Shown here: positions 48,600 to 64,000 of the stretch, in pieces
Position numbering within the stretch: position 1 is the first letter of the stretch
How the letters are laid out: every line of letters starts with the position of its first letter
Source of the DNA: Perkinsus chesapeaki ATCC PRA-425
Lineage: Eukaryota; Protista; Perkinsozoa
Assembly (NCBI GenBank): GCA_013115145.1
Contig: JAAPAO010000040.1
Span: forward strand, 1-64,000
Direction of reading: 5' to 3'
Length of the DNA stretch: 64,000 bases
Notes under the pieces: generated by a model
Database searches by the model: none
Told to the model about the DNA's origin: nothing
What the model saw: the letters and a program-made list of their open reading frames with translations, nothing else
Made by a program: the position numbers and the translations under genes

Positions 48600-50430
48600 A
48601 AGCAACATTGAACAACCCAGCAGTGGCGTCATGGCGCTGAGCCTCCTATTGGTGAATTCATCGTGTATAATGCGTGCTACTGGGAGTGCTAAAAGAGCGG
48701 GCTCTAGAGGAGCCTCGGCTAACTAATAAACGAGGAGGAGGGCAGCGATCTACATCAGTGGATGCTACTGTCGCCGCTGCTCCAAGCATTATGATACCGA
48801 CAGTATCTTCGACAGGCATCATCCCGGCCTAATTCATGGCCTAATCAAGCCACAACTTAGATGGCTACTCACTTTAACCTCGGGGGATCTTCGCACAGGT
48901 AACCTCCTAATCGAAGATATGGTGCGAATAGATTCCAAGGCGATCTATAAATAAAGCCATATATATAAGGCCATCATCCTCCTTCTTCACCTCTGGTGTT
49001 GCAGCAGCTAGTCTAAGTCTCATGCTGCTATCAGCTGAATGATATGCAGTAGGTGTACTACCACTTGGCGTGGTTGAGGACGATGATGATGGCGGTGCCC
49101 ACGGTGAGGAGGATAACTTGGAATTAGCCTGCCATCAACACCATTAGTTATCTACATGCAAGGTCCTGTAAGAAGCTTCAACCTATATAAGCCGTATACT
49201 ATTATCGTATACTTCCCCTCTCCGACCGAGCCAGCTATTACCGGTGAATCCTCCAACGTCGCCAAACGTCGCTTGAACTCCCTCCTTTCAGGTCTAATAA
49301 CAACAATGCCTTCCCTAACACCATACAGCCATGTCTACTCCAATACAGCCAATGCCCGTTTCAAAAGGGATCTCTCTCCACCAGCTGGTCTAGATGACCC
49401 CAGTGACGGCCGTGGCAAGCCCATGACCTACTGCCTACCGTGGCTCCTCCCTACCATTAGAGCCCTACTACCTCCTTCTTAGTAAGGCCCTTGCTGGTCT
49501 CACCGCTGTACATAATGAATAAACCCCCTAACCTACCCTGTAGAAATTGACAAGGCAACTCTAATAAAACTAATCGGAAACTTGTTCATTTTGTAACGGG
49601 GAGGGCTTGCTGCTCGCCTGCGCCGGTTCACCCCACCTATCTCGACATTTAACCTCAGAAACTATCTCACGCTAACACGACTAATCAATGCATATTGCTA
49701 TCGACCAATACTACCTGTACTGCATTAACCAGCTCATCTTGAGCATCTACTAGGTTAAAAGATACCACTACTTGCAGCGGAGCGAAGCGCTTGGACAGCA
49801 ACCTAATGCATCTCGTCTCCAAGACAGGACCGCTACCCCCTTCACCTTGCAATGGTAAGGCCAACATTCTGCTGGTCCATATCAAGTGCATCGCTCGCTG
49901 TTCCACCTAGCCCTAAACAATACCGCTCCTTCCTCGAATCACCACCACAATACCCTAGTACCAACAGCAAGACTCTCTACATTTGACGGTGCCGCTCCAT
50001 CCATAACTAAAATCGTTAAGGTCCTGTCCAGCAGTGTATACCTACACACACTCAGTTCTTTAGTCAGTAGGAGGTCCTCTGTACTACACAAACGATACCA
50101 CCGCTCCGCCCAAGAACTTGACAACTTTCGTTCGAACAACGGCTCTAAGTTGCTCCATTGAGGTGAAGTAGTAGCTGAAGGGAATGAAGCCTTATTGACC
50201 GGAACACAAAGAGACACATTGGGAGAGAAACGTATAAATACATTCAGAAATTGGTCTCACGAGTGTGGCTCGATAGACCACAGTGATGATGATGCTGGCT
50301 GTAACCACGACGTCAGGAGAGGCCACTCGTCGATAGAAACTGCTGCTACTGCTGCAACCTTAATAATAATGCGCTTGTTGTTCAAGCTGCTTCCCTCTAT
50401 GCACCCCACGGAGCTGAGGCGGCACCATTA
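48600..50430 (-). CDS. Hypothetical multi-exon protein (boundaries approximate)
   Basis: Phase-consistent exons give WSIEPHS|YYFTSMEQLRAVVRTKVVKFLGGAV|VYTAGQDLNDFSYGWSGTVK|CGTASDALDMDQQNVGLTIAR. Start and stop not resolved. Confidence 0.35.
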
Positions 50431-50608
50431 GCAGTGTAATGGACACCATTCTGTAACGAGTAAGATACTCCATTTAATGACAATGGCTTCAAACCAGCTA
50501 CGAGCTCAGATGGGGAATGCGATAATACCTACACAGAACTCGTGAACCAAGCAAAGTCAGTCAGTAAGAATGGCGGCCAATGCTAATTAACTAAGCCCCA
50601 CGCACTGC

Positions 50609-55519
<4,911 letters not shown>

Positions 55520-55804
55520 ATCAATGTGTTTTTGCTTCCTATATGAATGTCTTAATGTTCTTTTATTGCCAAGCTGATAATGTCGAACACGGCAGTAGTT
55601 CAGGGAAGAGAAGGATGAGCCAATCGAATAGGAGTGGCGGGAAAAACAACTGATCAGCATCGCAGGTGCAAGAAAACCCCTCCATGGTCGTATCACGAAT
55701 AACCACTCGCTACGCCAAATTGATCGATCACCTTCTCAAAAACCGCGCGCCCCGAAATCACTGACCGGCGCAGAGAGAATAAATGATTCGTCTGTAGACT
55801 AATA

Positions 55805-56285
55805 CAGTCCTCCAACTTAGAATATCACGATTTTCATCATGATAGAGAGGTCCCAGAGTGAAGCCTGTCACTGAGTTTCACGATGCACACGGTGCAACAT
55901 CATGCACCGATTGTAGCTATTTTTCCATTTCCCCGTGATCTCTCCTCAACTGCTTCACACTGCTCAATGAAACTTCGAGGGATAAATACTGTATGTGCTA
56001 GGTTTCATATGCAATTAGAGTTATAATCAGCCTCTCCCATTTCGAGGGACTTCCTTGAGGAAAATCGTCATTTTAGGGCTGAAATTAAGGCATGTATTCA
56101 AAATTAACTTGGCATCCTTTCTGTGCCGACATATCAGCTCCCAATAACCAGACGCTGGAATACCTGGGTGGTATATTCGAGGCCCTATGTGAACGAGGCT
56201 CTCTGAGTTTGGGGCACAGAGTGGCCAATCTGGCAGAGAATGGTCATCACAAAAACGCGATATTCTAAGTTAATTTGGAGGACTG
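55805..56285. mobile_element. MITE-like non-autonomous DNA transposon, Tc1/mariner/pogo-type (481 bp)
   Basis: TA at 55803-55804 and 56286-56287. Left end CAGTCCTCC-AACTTAGAATATCACGATTTT; reverse complement of right end CAGTCCTCC-AAATT-AACTTAGAATATCGCGTTTTT. No internal transposase ORF. Confidence 0.8.
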
Positions 56286-56405
56286 TATTAGTAGTCCAGT
56301 AGATTAGCCTATGTGCTGCCTCGACTCTAGATCTAAGAGGCTTTACCACATTAAAGTATCAACTTACACTATTAGAGAGACTCTTTACCTTCACTCTTCA
56401 GTTGC

Positions 56406-57978
56406 ATGCCTACTCTCTCACCACCATTATGGCGTCGGACATTCAAACGAGTAACCTTTGTTTCCTCGTTATCCCTAACATCAGCACTACTCGGCTACTA
56501 CTCCTACGATCCCGGTTTCCGCCGCGAAGTTGAGTTCTGGCGGCAAGTCTCCCCGATTGCTTTTCGCTACCTAATATACACAGTTCGCGGTCTCGACCTG
56601 TCCCCGCTTCATGGCAGATATTCTCCCCGTGCCCGGGATATCTGTGAGCAGCTTGGCGGCCTCTACATCAAGATGGGTCAGGTCCTCTCGGTTAGGCCAG
56701 AGATCCTTCCCGAGGCCTACAGACTTGAGTTTGCCAAACTACAGGATACAGCACCACCAGCCTCCTTCGACGAGGTCATCAAACCAGTCCTGGAGGAATC
56801 TTTAGGTCACAGCGTGTCTGACCTATTTTCTTACGTGGACCCGGTGCCCCTAGGATCAGCCAGTATTGGCCAGGCCCACGCTGCCACTCTCCTTGATGGG
56901 CGAGAGGTCGTCCTCAAAGTTCAGTATCCGGATGCCAAGGCCCGGTTCAAAGTGGATCTACATTGCCTGTCAACACTAGCGAATTGGATGACGCCTGCAT
57001 TCTCGCAAATCATGGAGGAATTCGAAATTCAGTTCCTCACTGAATTTGACTATCATAACGAAGCCAGGAACATCACAGAGATCCGCCGTGAAGTACTCGA
57101 TGCAACTGATCAATGGAGAGGTCTCGTAAACCTGCCAGAGGTCATTCCCGAATACACCACAGATAGAGTGTTGTGTATGACGCTGGTGCCCGGTGAGAAG
57201 CTGGAGACTGTTATAAGGAAGGACTGGCAGAGGAGGGGGGTTGACATCGGGCCCGACTTCAAGGAATGGTTGAGAACGCAGCAGCGGCATAGACAAGAGA
57301 TCGACACTAGGCTTCGTTCGGCTGCATCCTGCTGGCTGCTGCTGCTGCCTGCTTGGGCCATTCGAGCTGGACTGTGGGTCTGGAGAGCATGGTCTCCGTC
57401 TCACTCTGATATGAGCAGTTTCATAAGCACTGCTGTCCGAGTCCATGGCTATGAACTATTTGCATGCACACTCTTTAATGGCGACCCTCATCCGGGCAAC
57501 TTACTAGTCGACCTCAACACTGGCAAAGTTGGCCTTATCGATTACGGCCAATGTAAACGCATGGATGACAAGACCCGTCTGAAGCTGGCCAGGTTGGTTG
57601 TAGCAGTAGCCGATGGAGTTCCCCAGGAAGAGGCCAAAGCTATGGTCGAGGCGGGCATCAGGACCGCTCGTAAGGACGAGCGTTACCTCTCTATCATTGC
57701 CAGACTTCTTTTTGGTCGTATCGAGCCCTACATGCTAGATCCACAGTTTCACCTGGACCTGCATAAGTCTGACCAGATAGAGTCCCTCCCTGGAGACACT
57801 CTAATGGGGTAAGTATACTGCCACTATCTTCCTTAGTATTTTGTCTAGGTACCGAGTAGCGATGCTCCTTCGAGGCCTGGCCCTAGCCACAAGGCACAGC
57901 ATATCAGTGGCAGAGTTGTGGAAAGATGAAGCACAGAAGTGTATCGAACGTGGTGGGAGAACAGTTTTTAACACATAA
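56406..57978 (+). CDS. ABC1/UbiB (ADCK) atypical protein kinase
   Basis: QLGGLYIKMGQVLS, LQDTAPP, PLGSASIGQAHAA, VVLKVQYP, EFDYHNEARN, FNGDPHPGNL, LIDYGQCK. One intron after 57808, final exon YRVAMLLRGL..FNT*. Confidence 0.93.
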
Positions 57979-58619
57979 CAGTTTCTGAATCCACCATGCA
58001 TTTGGTTTCAAGTTCAAACCTATCTGAACCGATGGAGCGTGGGACGGTAAAGCGATTACAACGGGTTGATAGTAGGAGGTAATGACAAAGGAACAAGGAC
58101 CAGTGCGGCAACGACCGTGAAGGAGGGCGCCGCAGCAGAATTCCTCACCAACTTCGACCCACTGGAACAACTTACACCTCACTGGAACAGCTCTTTAGTG
58201 TATCTGTGCACTACCCGGTTAGCGGTAACAACTAAAACACTGTTTGGCAAGTATGCTATGAAAACGGAGGAAAATAGACGTACCATGTCCGGGGACCCGG
58301 TACACAGATAGGTAAACGTAGCGAGGCAGCAGCACCAGCATCAACAACAATCATCAACATATACAGCAACATACTCATTCTTACTGTTATTAATGTATTA
58401 GTGATAGGCAGCAGTAATGTTACTACTACTTGGTAAAGACGTTTAGTACATTCTACTACCATTTTATCTACAACACTAATAGAGCAAGAACAACAAGCGC
58501 AGTAATGGCGGTGGTGACGGTGATGATGATGGCAAGTACCTCTGTTGGTGGTACAAGTAGTATCAGACTATCAACACATCTTGACTTATTATCAACTATA
58601 CGTGGAAGAACGGACTACT

Positions 58620-60808
58620 TCAATCCGAGTCGGAGTCGTCATCATCGCCAAAGGTAGTCCTATGACCGGCGAACTCCTGGATTGTTCCCTTTGCGGCCGC
58701 GGCTACGCCAGAGCCCTTTCCTTTACCCTTGCCCTTGCCCTTGCCTTTGCCACCCTTGCCCTTGCCGCCCTTGCCCTTTCCTTTGCCACCCTTGCCACTG
58801 GACTCGCGAGGCTGGTTGTAGTTGACTCTGATCTGTCGTCCCTCAAGATCGGTACCGCTGAGCTTAGTGGCCTTCTCGGCGGAGTCCTCATCACCGAAGT
58901 CAATGTAGGCGAAACCACGAGGGGCACCGGTCTCTCTATCAGTAGGCATGAAGCAGCGAGTAATGCTACCGCAGTCACCGAAGACCTCATAGAGCCAGTC
59001 CTGGGTCATAGAGAAGGGAAGGTTGCCAACGAAAACAGATGCAGACTTCTCGCCGAGCTCGTGATGGCCCTTACCCTTGCCCTTGCCGCCCTTGCCACCC
59101 TTACCGCCGGCGTGGTCGTTCTTAGGGAAGCTGTAGTTGATACGGAGATCACGGCCCTCGCAGTCCTCACCGTTCTTGGCGACGGCCTTCTCAGCAGCGT
59201 CCTCGTCGGCAAAGTCAATGAAGGCAAAACCCTTGATCTTGCCGCTCTCCCAATCAGTGGGGAGACTGACACGCTCCATATCACCGCACCAACTGAAGAT
59301 CTGCTCGAGCCACTCCTTGGTCATAGAGAAGGGCAAGTTGCCAATGAAGACCGACTTAGACCTCTCAACAGAGTCCTGAGCGGAACCGTCATTCAACTTG
59401 GTCTTCTTGGCGGCAGGGGCCTCATCCTCCTCAGTGGTGGCCTCCGAGGCGGCGCGCTTCTTAGCAGGAGCTTCTTCCATTTCATCATCTGAAAGAACGA
59501 GAATAGACAACAACCGTGAGCAAATTCAATTTCTTACCAGAATCCTCGCTCTCCTCATCCTCCTCGGCGACGGCGGCAGCCTTGACCTTCTTGGGGGCCT
59601 CCTCTTCCTCATCAGAGTCAGAGTCGCTAGAGTCGGATTCCTCAGCGGCGGCCTTCTTAGTGGCGGCCTTCTTGGGGGCGGGCTTGGCCTCCTCCATTTC
59701 CTCATCAGAGTCAGAGTCGCTGGAGCTGGACTCTTCAACAGCGGCCTTCTTGGCAGCGGCCTTGGCCTTAGGGGCAGCCTTCTTGGCCGGGGCCTCGTCC
59801 TCGCTAGAGNNNNNNNNNNNNNNNNNNNNNNNNNNNNNNNNNNNNNNNNNNNNNNNNNNNNNNNNNNNNNNNNNNNNNNNNNNNNNNNNNNNNNNNNNNN
59901 NNNNNNACAGCGGCCTTCTTGGCAGCGGCCTTGGCCTTAGGGGCAGCCTTCTTGGCCGGGGCCTCGTCCTCGCTAGAGTCAGAGTCGCTGGAACTAGATT
60001 CCTCAACAGCGGCCTTCTTGGCAGCCTTCTTAGGAGATGCCTTGGCCTTAGGGGCAGCCTTCTTGGCCACGGGCTTCTTGACCTCCTCTTCATCATCGCT
60101 AGAATCACTGCTGGAGTCGGACTCCTCGACAGCAGCCTTCTTGGCGGCGGCGGCCTTCTTAGTGGCCTGAACAGCAGGCTTTGTAACCTCTTCCTCATCA
60201 TCACTATCGGAATCAGAACTCTCGTCCTCCTCCTTCTTAGAGGAAGCAGCTATCCGTGCCTTAGCATTGGCAACGGCCTTAGCGGAAGGAAGATCACTCG
60301 CATCAGAATCACTATCAGAGGAGGAATCGTCATCGCTTTCAACTACCTTCTTAGCAGGGGCAACCTTCGCCTTCTTGGCGGCGGGCTTCTCGTCCTCGCT
60401 GGACGAAGAATCGTCATCGCTCGAGCTCTCCGCGACGGCAGCCTTCTTAGCGACCGGAGCAGCCTTCTTGGCCTTCTTAGCGGCGGCGGGAGCAGCCTTC
60501 TTCTTGGGGGCTTCCTCCTCCTCATCGCTGCTTTCATCAGAGCTGGATGATTCAGCGGCGGCGGCCTTCTTGGTGGCAGCCTTCTTAGGGGCAGGTGTCT
60601 TCTTGGCTACTGCCTTCTTGGGTGCCGGTGCCTCGTCGACAGAAGAGTCGGAGTCGCTGCTGCTGCTGTCGTCCTCCTCGACAGGCTTAACGGGCTTCTT
60701 CTTAGTAGCGACCTTCTTATGTACAACAGGTTTGGTAACAACCTCCTCATCTGATGAGGAATCATCACTGGAGGACTCGACGACCTTCTTAGGCGCAGGC
60801 TTGGCCAT
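58620..60808 (-). CDS. Nucleolin/Nsr1/Gar2-like nucleolar protein (acidic-basic N-terminus, two RRMs, GK-rich tail)
   Basis: Alternating SSSDSD and KKAA tracts; RRMs VFIGNLPF..KGFAFIDF and VFVGNLPF..RGFAYIDF; tail ..FAGHRTTFGDDD. Intron about 59489-59537; spans the N gap. Confidence 0.9.
59810..59906. other. Assembly gap (97 N) inside a 99-bp coding tandem repeat
   Basis: N run flanked on both sides by the unit encoding EDEAPAKKAAPKAKAAAKKAAVEESSSSDSDSS. Confidence 0.95.
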
Positions 60809-61600
60809 AATTAGTACGTACGAAAGGAACTGCAAAGAATACATACACAGTATGAAAGGTCATCATCAATAACCCCATCCCCGAGCTCAAGGGGGCAGTA
60901 GGGCACATAGGTATAGAGATATCATCGCCATAGCTTATTCTCACTAACAGATGCGGGGGCAATAATAACGTGGCGCAGTGAAATGTCGTGACGCACGGCG
61001 GAGCGATGCACTGAGTGACACTTTTCAAAATCGCCGGCTCAAGGTTGCCTTGCGCGTTGTAATCGCAAGCACTGCTTGCTATAGCTATATGAAGCACTAA
61101 AATACTATCAAAGGCGATAGGATATCATACCATTGTGCCACGATGAAAATATACAAGGACTGATCAGCAAATTACTTTTAGTAACCACCGATGATAACCG
61201 AGGCCAAATCAACGCATAGACAGCAATTACGTAACGCTAATCATGGATAATACTGAGCGTACTTGAATACACTATCGAATAGGCCACGGGAAGGTTAGCA
61301 TGGTAGTGTTTATACTGCCTTCGACAAAGTCACACTAGCGCTGTTGGGCCGCCCAGCTTAGGTCTCGTAAGAGGGCTTAACGCGGACAAGGCTTCCGACT
61401 CGCAAATTTGAGGTAAAACAGAGAGGTGCCAAGAAAACGACGAAAAACGATTGCGATAACACTCGAGTGCAGTGTGGTGCTTGACAGATGAAAAGACGCA
61501 AATTGTTATAGCTATTTTCGGATCTTGGGTTCGGACGAAGCCCGAATGGCAGAAATAGCCCTTGCACGGACTCCATTGCGCGAATCACAGTTTTGCTAAA

Positions 61601-62789
61601 ATGGAAGCCTGCCCTGCCGCATTGGAACAGTTTTGGGACGGAACCATAAGGATAGCGAATTCTCGCTATGTCTCGAATCCCAGGTGCTTCCTTACAAAAC
61701 TTGCTAAGGAATGCAGGCCCGAAATACAGTGCGATGCTTGCGATGCCCGAAGGTTGGTTGAGAAATACGTAAGTCTGACCTGGCTCGTCTGGAAGAGCAG
61801 ATCACCGCAGTGGTGCTTTGTTCGTGGCGGCCACGGGCCCTAATAGACACTTCCGATTGCACTTTGATATGTCGTTCATTATTTCGCACATGTAGTTCTG
61901 CTTGGATAAGATATTACGTCCCCCCAATCTTACCCCTTGGCCGTAATGCTGCCACCAAAGGAAGACTCGTAGCTGTTATAGTATCAGGCATTGTACAGTG
62001 ATACGTTATGGAGATCATTAAGATATCCACCACTGTGGTGACATGTATCTCAACGGCAACCACTGCTATTTCAGGTGATTAGGTGTGAGAAATGTCTTTC
62101 TAACTTCGTTGACGCCGAAGAACGTGACCACCAGCTTGAAACTTTTCTTTCTGATCTGGTGCACGATCACAACAGAAACTGGTAGCAAACTCCGTATAGA
62201 GGTGATCACGCAAACGTCACTGTTAGTCTGGAAGCTGCCACGGCAAGATCAAGCGTAGTTCCATCTGAAAACACCAGTTTTGAAGGTGAATCCCAAATCT
62301 TTCGCCCCTACGAATCGTAGGCTAGGATTCTAGCTGAACGCAGCGCTAACGTCACGTGCATCCCGCGTCAGTTTTCCCTTCTCAGATGAGTCTTCTTCAA
62401 GCCCCACCGCTTCAGGAACGCACGATTCTTCCAACGTACGGTCTCAACACATTTTTGCTCTTGCCATCATCTTTACAGATTTCCTCCTTTGCTCATGGAA
62501 TCGATGATGATGTTGATGCCATCCAACCTCTGGGATGGACTCCACGTATGACACACATCATACCATAAGGAATTGACTTCGTGTTGTACCCTACAGACAC
62601 TCAGTGCCTAGACCGACAATGGATCGATGACGCGGGGTTCAAAAGGGTCCGTGGCACGTAGGTCAACAGCACTTTGGGAAGATTAACATTTCCATCCATC
62701 AGCTACGAGAAGAGCGAGATCTCTATGACGCCCACAAGAGCTATTCGGGACAATGGAGCAAAATGATGCGAGACGAAAATTACGCGTAG
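61601..62789 (+). CDS. Hypothetical multi-exon protein (5' end uncertain)
   Basis: Exons bounded by AG/GT: VIRCEKCLSNFVDAEERDHQLETF, ISSFAHGIDDDVDAIQPLGWTP, TQCLDRQWIDDAGFKRVRG, LREERDLYDAHKSYSGQWSKMMRDENYA*. Confidence 0.35.
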
Positions 62790-63517
62790 GTTCGGAGGTT
62801 CTAGTGTTATAAATTAACCGGCTCGAATGGAAGTGTTGGAAAGCCCTTTTGGATAAGCACTTTGAATAAAAGTGGCGTCATGTGTTAGGAGAGACTCTCC
62901 CGTTTCAAAGGGGGCAGCATCGTCCTTCTGTTATTATCAGCTGCTCTCTTCTGTGTCCTACGTGGGGTACAAACTCCTTGACAAAAGGCTTGATTGCGAG
63001 TGTGATGCAATACACAAAAACAATAACTGTCCTTTCCAGGACGGTGTACTCATTTGCAGGAAGACCGTACCATACTATCGCTGCGAAATGCTATCGCTTA
63101 ACGGCTAATGGCCGAACAAAGGAACGGGAGATAAGGAGACCAATGAGGGAAAGGTACGCGCTGTTGATAGAATGATGTCACTCGAACAGCTTAGTCCTTT
63201 TTGACAACGGCTGCTATGGCTATTATTTGTTCTATACCATTCGAGCTAGTAAAATAGTTGCGCTTCGATCATAGAGATAATGACTGTTCGTAATCCCAAC
63301 ACTGCTTTGAGTTGCCAAGTATAAATATTAACGACCAACGCAAACCTCGCCGGTACGAGACCACAGAGGGCCACCAGGCCGACATAAAGGCAAATTATGA
63401 ATCGCTCAATCCTCTCCTCCTCCTTCTCATCATCGATACCCCAAACAATGGGGATGATGGAAGAAGGAAGGTGATGATCGCAATAAATGACAACAACACT
63501 AATAATCGACGGTTTTA

Positions 63518-64000
63518 TCACAGCAGCACGCCGTCGTCCGCTGGAAACGAGTCTCTAGTCGGTGGACCGGCGGCCCTCGCGGCCTTTGCCTTCGCCTCGG
63601 CTCGCGCGTAACGGAACCTATGCGAAAAGATATGCCCTTTGAGGAGCAGGCACTTACCCCGGAGGCAGAAGCCGGCCGTTGGGTGCAAAAAGGGGGCGCT
63701 CGGGCAACGATCTTGGTTGCTGCCAAGGCTGACTGTTCTGCCATACGGACGAGGAGGAGACCGACGTAGACGTACTCGTGTAAGCAGTCCATGGCAGCGC
63801 CGCCGGTGTCTGGGGCAACTATTGGTAATAATCTAAACGTCTACGGCCTACTGCTGTCGATGCCGCTGATGAGGATGAACCGCCAATCGGTGGAGCCGAG
63901 ATTTGACTATACCAAGCCGCCGCCTGTCCCGACTGCTCCCATTCAGCCCTCTGACAGCGACTTCTGTGTCTGAGCGAGGCCACTGCTCAACTGCACTGGA
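63518..64000 (-). CDS. 3' end of a Ser/Pro/Ala-rich hypothetical gene entering from beyond the window
   Basis: Phase-consistent splicing QISAPPIGGSSSSAASTA|LPQTPAALPWTAY..RLLPPG|FRYARAEAKAKAARAAGPP..GVLL*, with intron gtaagtgcc...cgcatag. Confidence 0.4.

Noticed and set aside
57904-58330. Cys-rich defensin-like peptide on the minus strand
   Set aside because: No splice or start arrangement links the putative signal segment in frame to the Cys-rich segment, and the ORF overlaps the ABC1 last exon.

Overview
Gene-dense eukaryotic DNA with many short GT-AG introns (mostly about 30-60 nt). It is most consistent with a Perkinsus-type alveolate; this is inferred from intron style, gene density, flagellar genes, AP2-like proteins and GK-rich RNA-binding proteins, and the species cannot be fixed. 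I hand-spliced about 22 protein-coding loci arranged in alternating same-strand blocks. Confident calls: PDCD2L/TSR4-like, ETF-alpha, Tctex-1 dynein light chain, phospholipase B-like, MFAP1, Fused/STK36 kinase, a family-16 methyltransferase, four tandem intronless malate dehydrogenases, cytosolic IleRS, an ABC1/ADCK kinase and a nucleolin/Nsr1-like protein. Less certain calls: a CFAP74-like N-terminal fragment, an ER-type JmjC/EF-hand protein, an 8-kb gene for a modular cysteine-rich type I membrane protein, a 3xAP2-like plus AT-hook protein and a large secreted coiled-coil protein. Non-coding items: two complementary tRNA-Ser(AGA) halves in 3'-then-5' order at the window start, an orphan tRNA 3' fragment, a TA-flanked Tc1/mariner-type MITE, 30-bp and 60-bp tandem repeats, and a 97-N assembly gap. 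Multi-exon CDS coordinates are gene spans including introns, assembled by eye; terminal positions of low-confidence genes are approximate.
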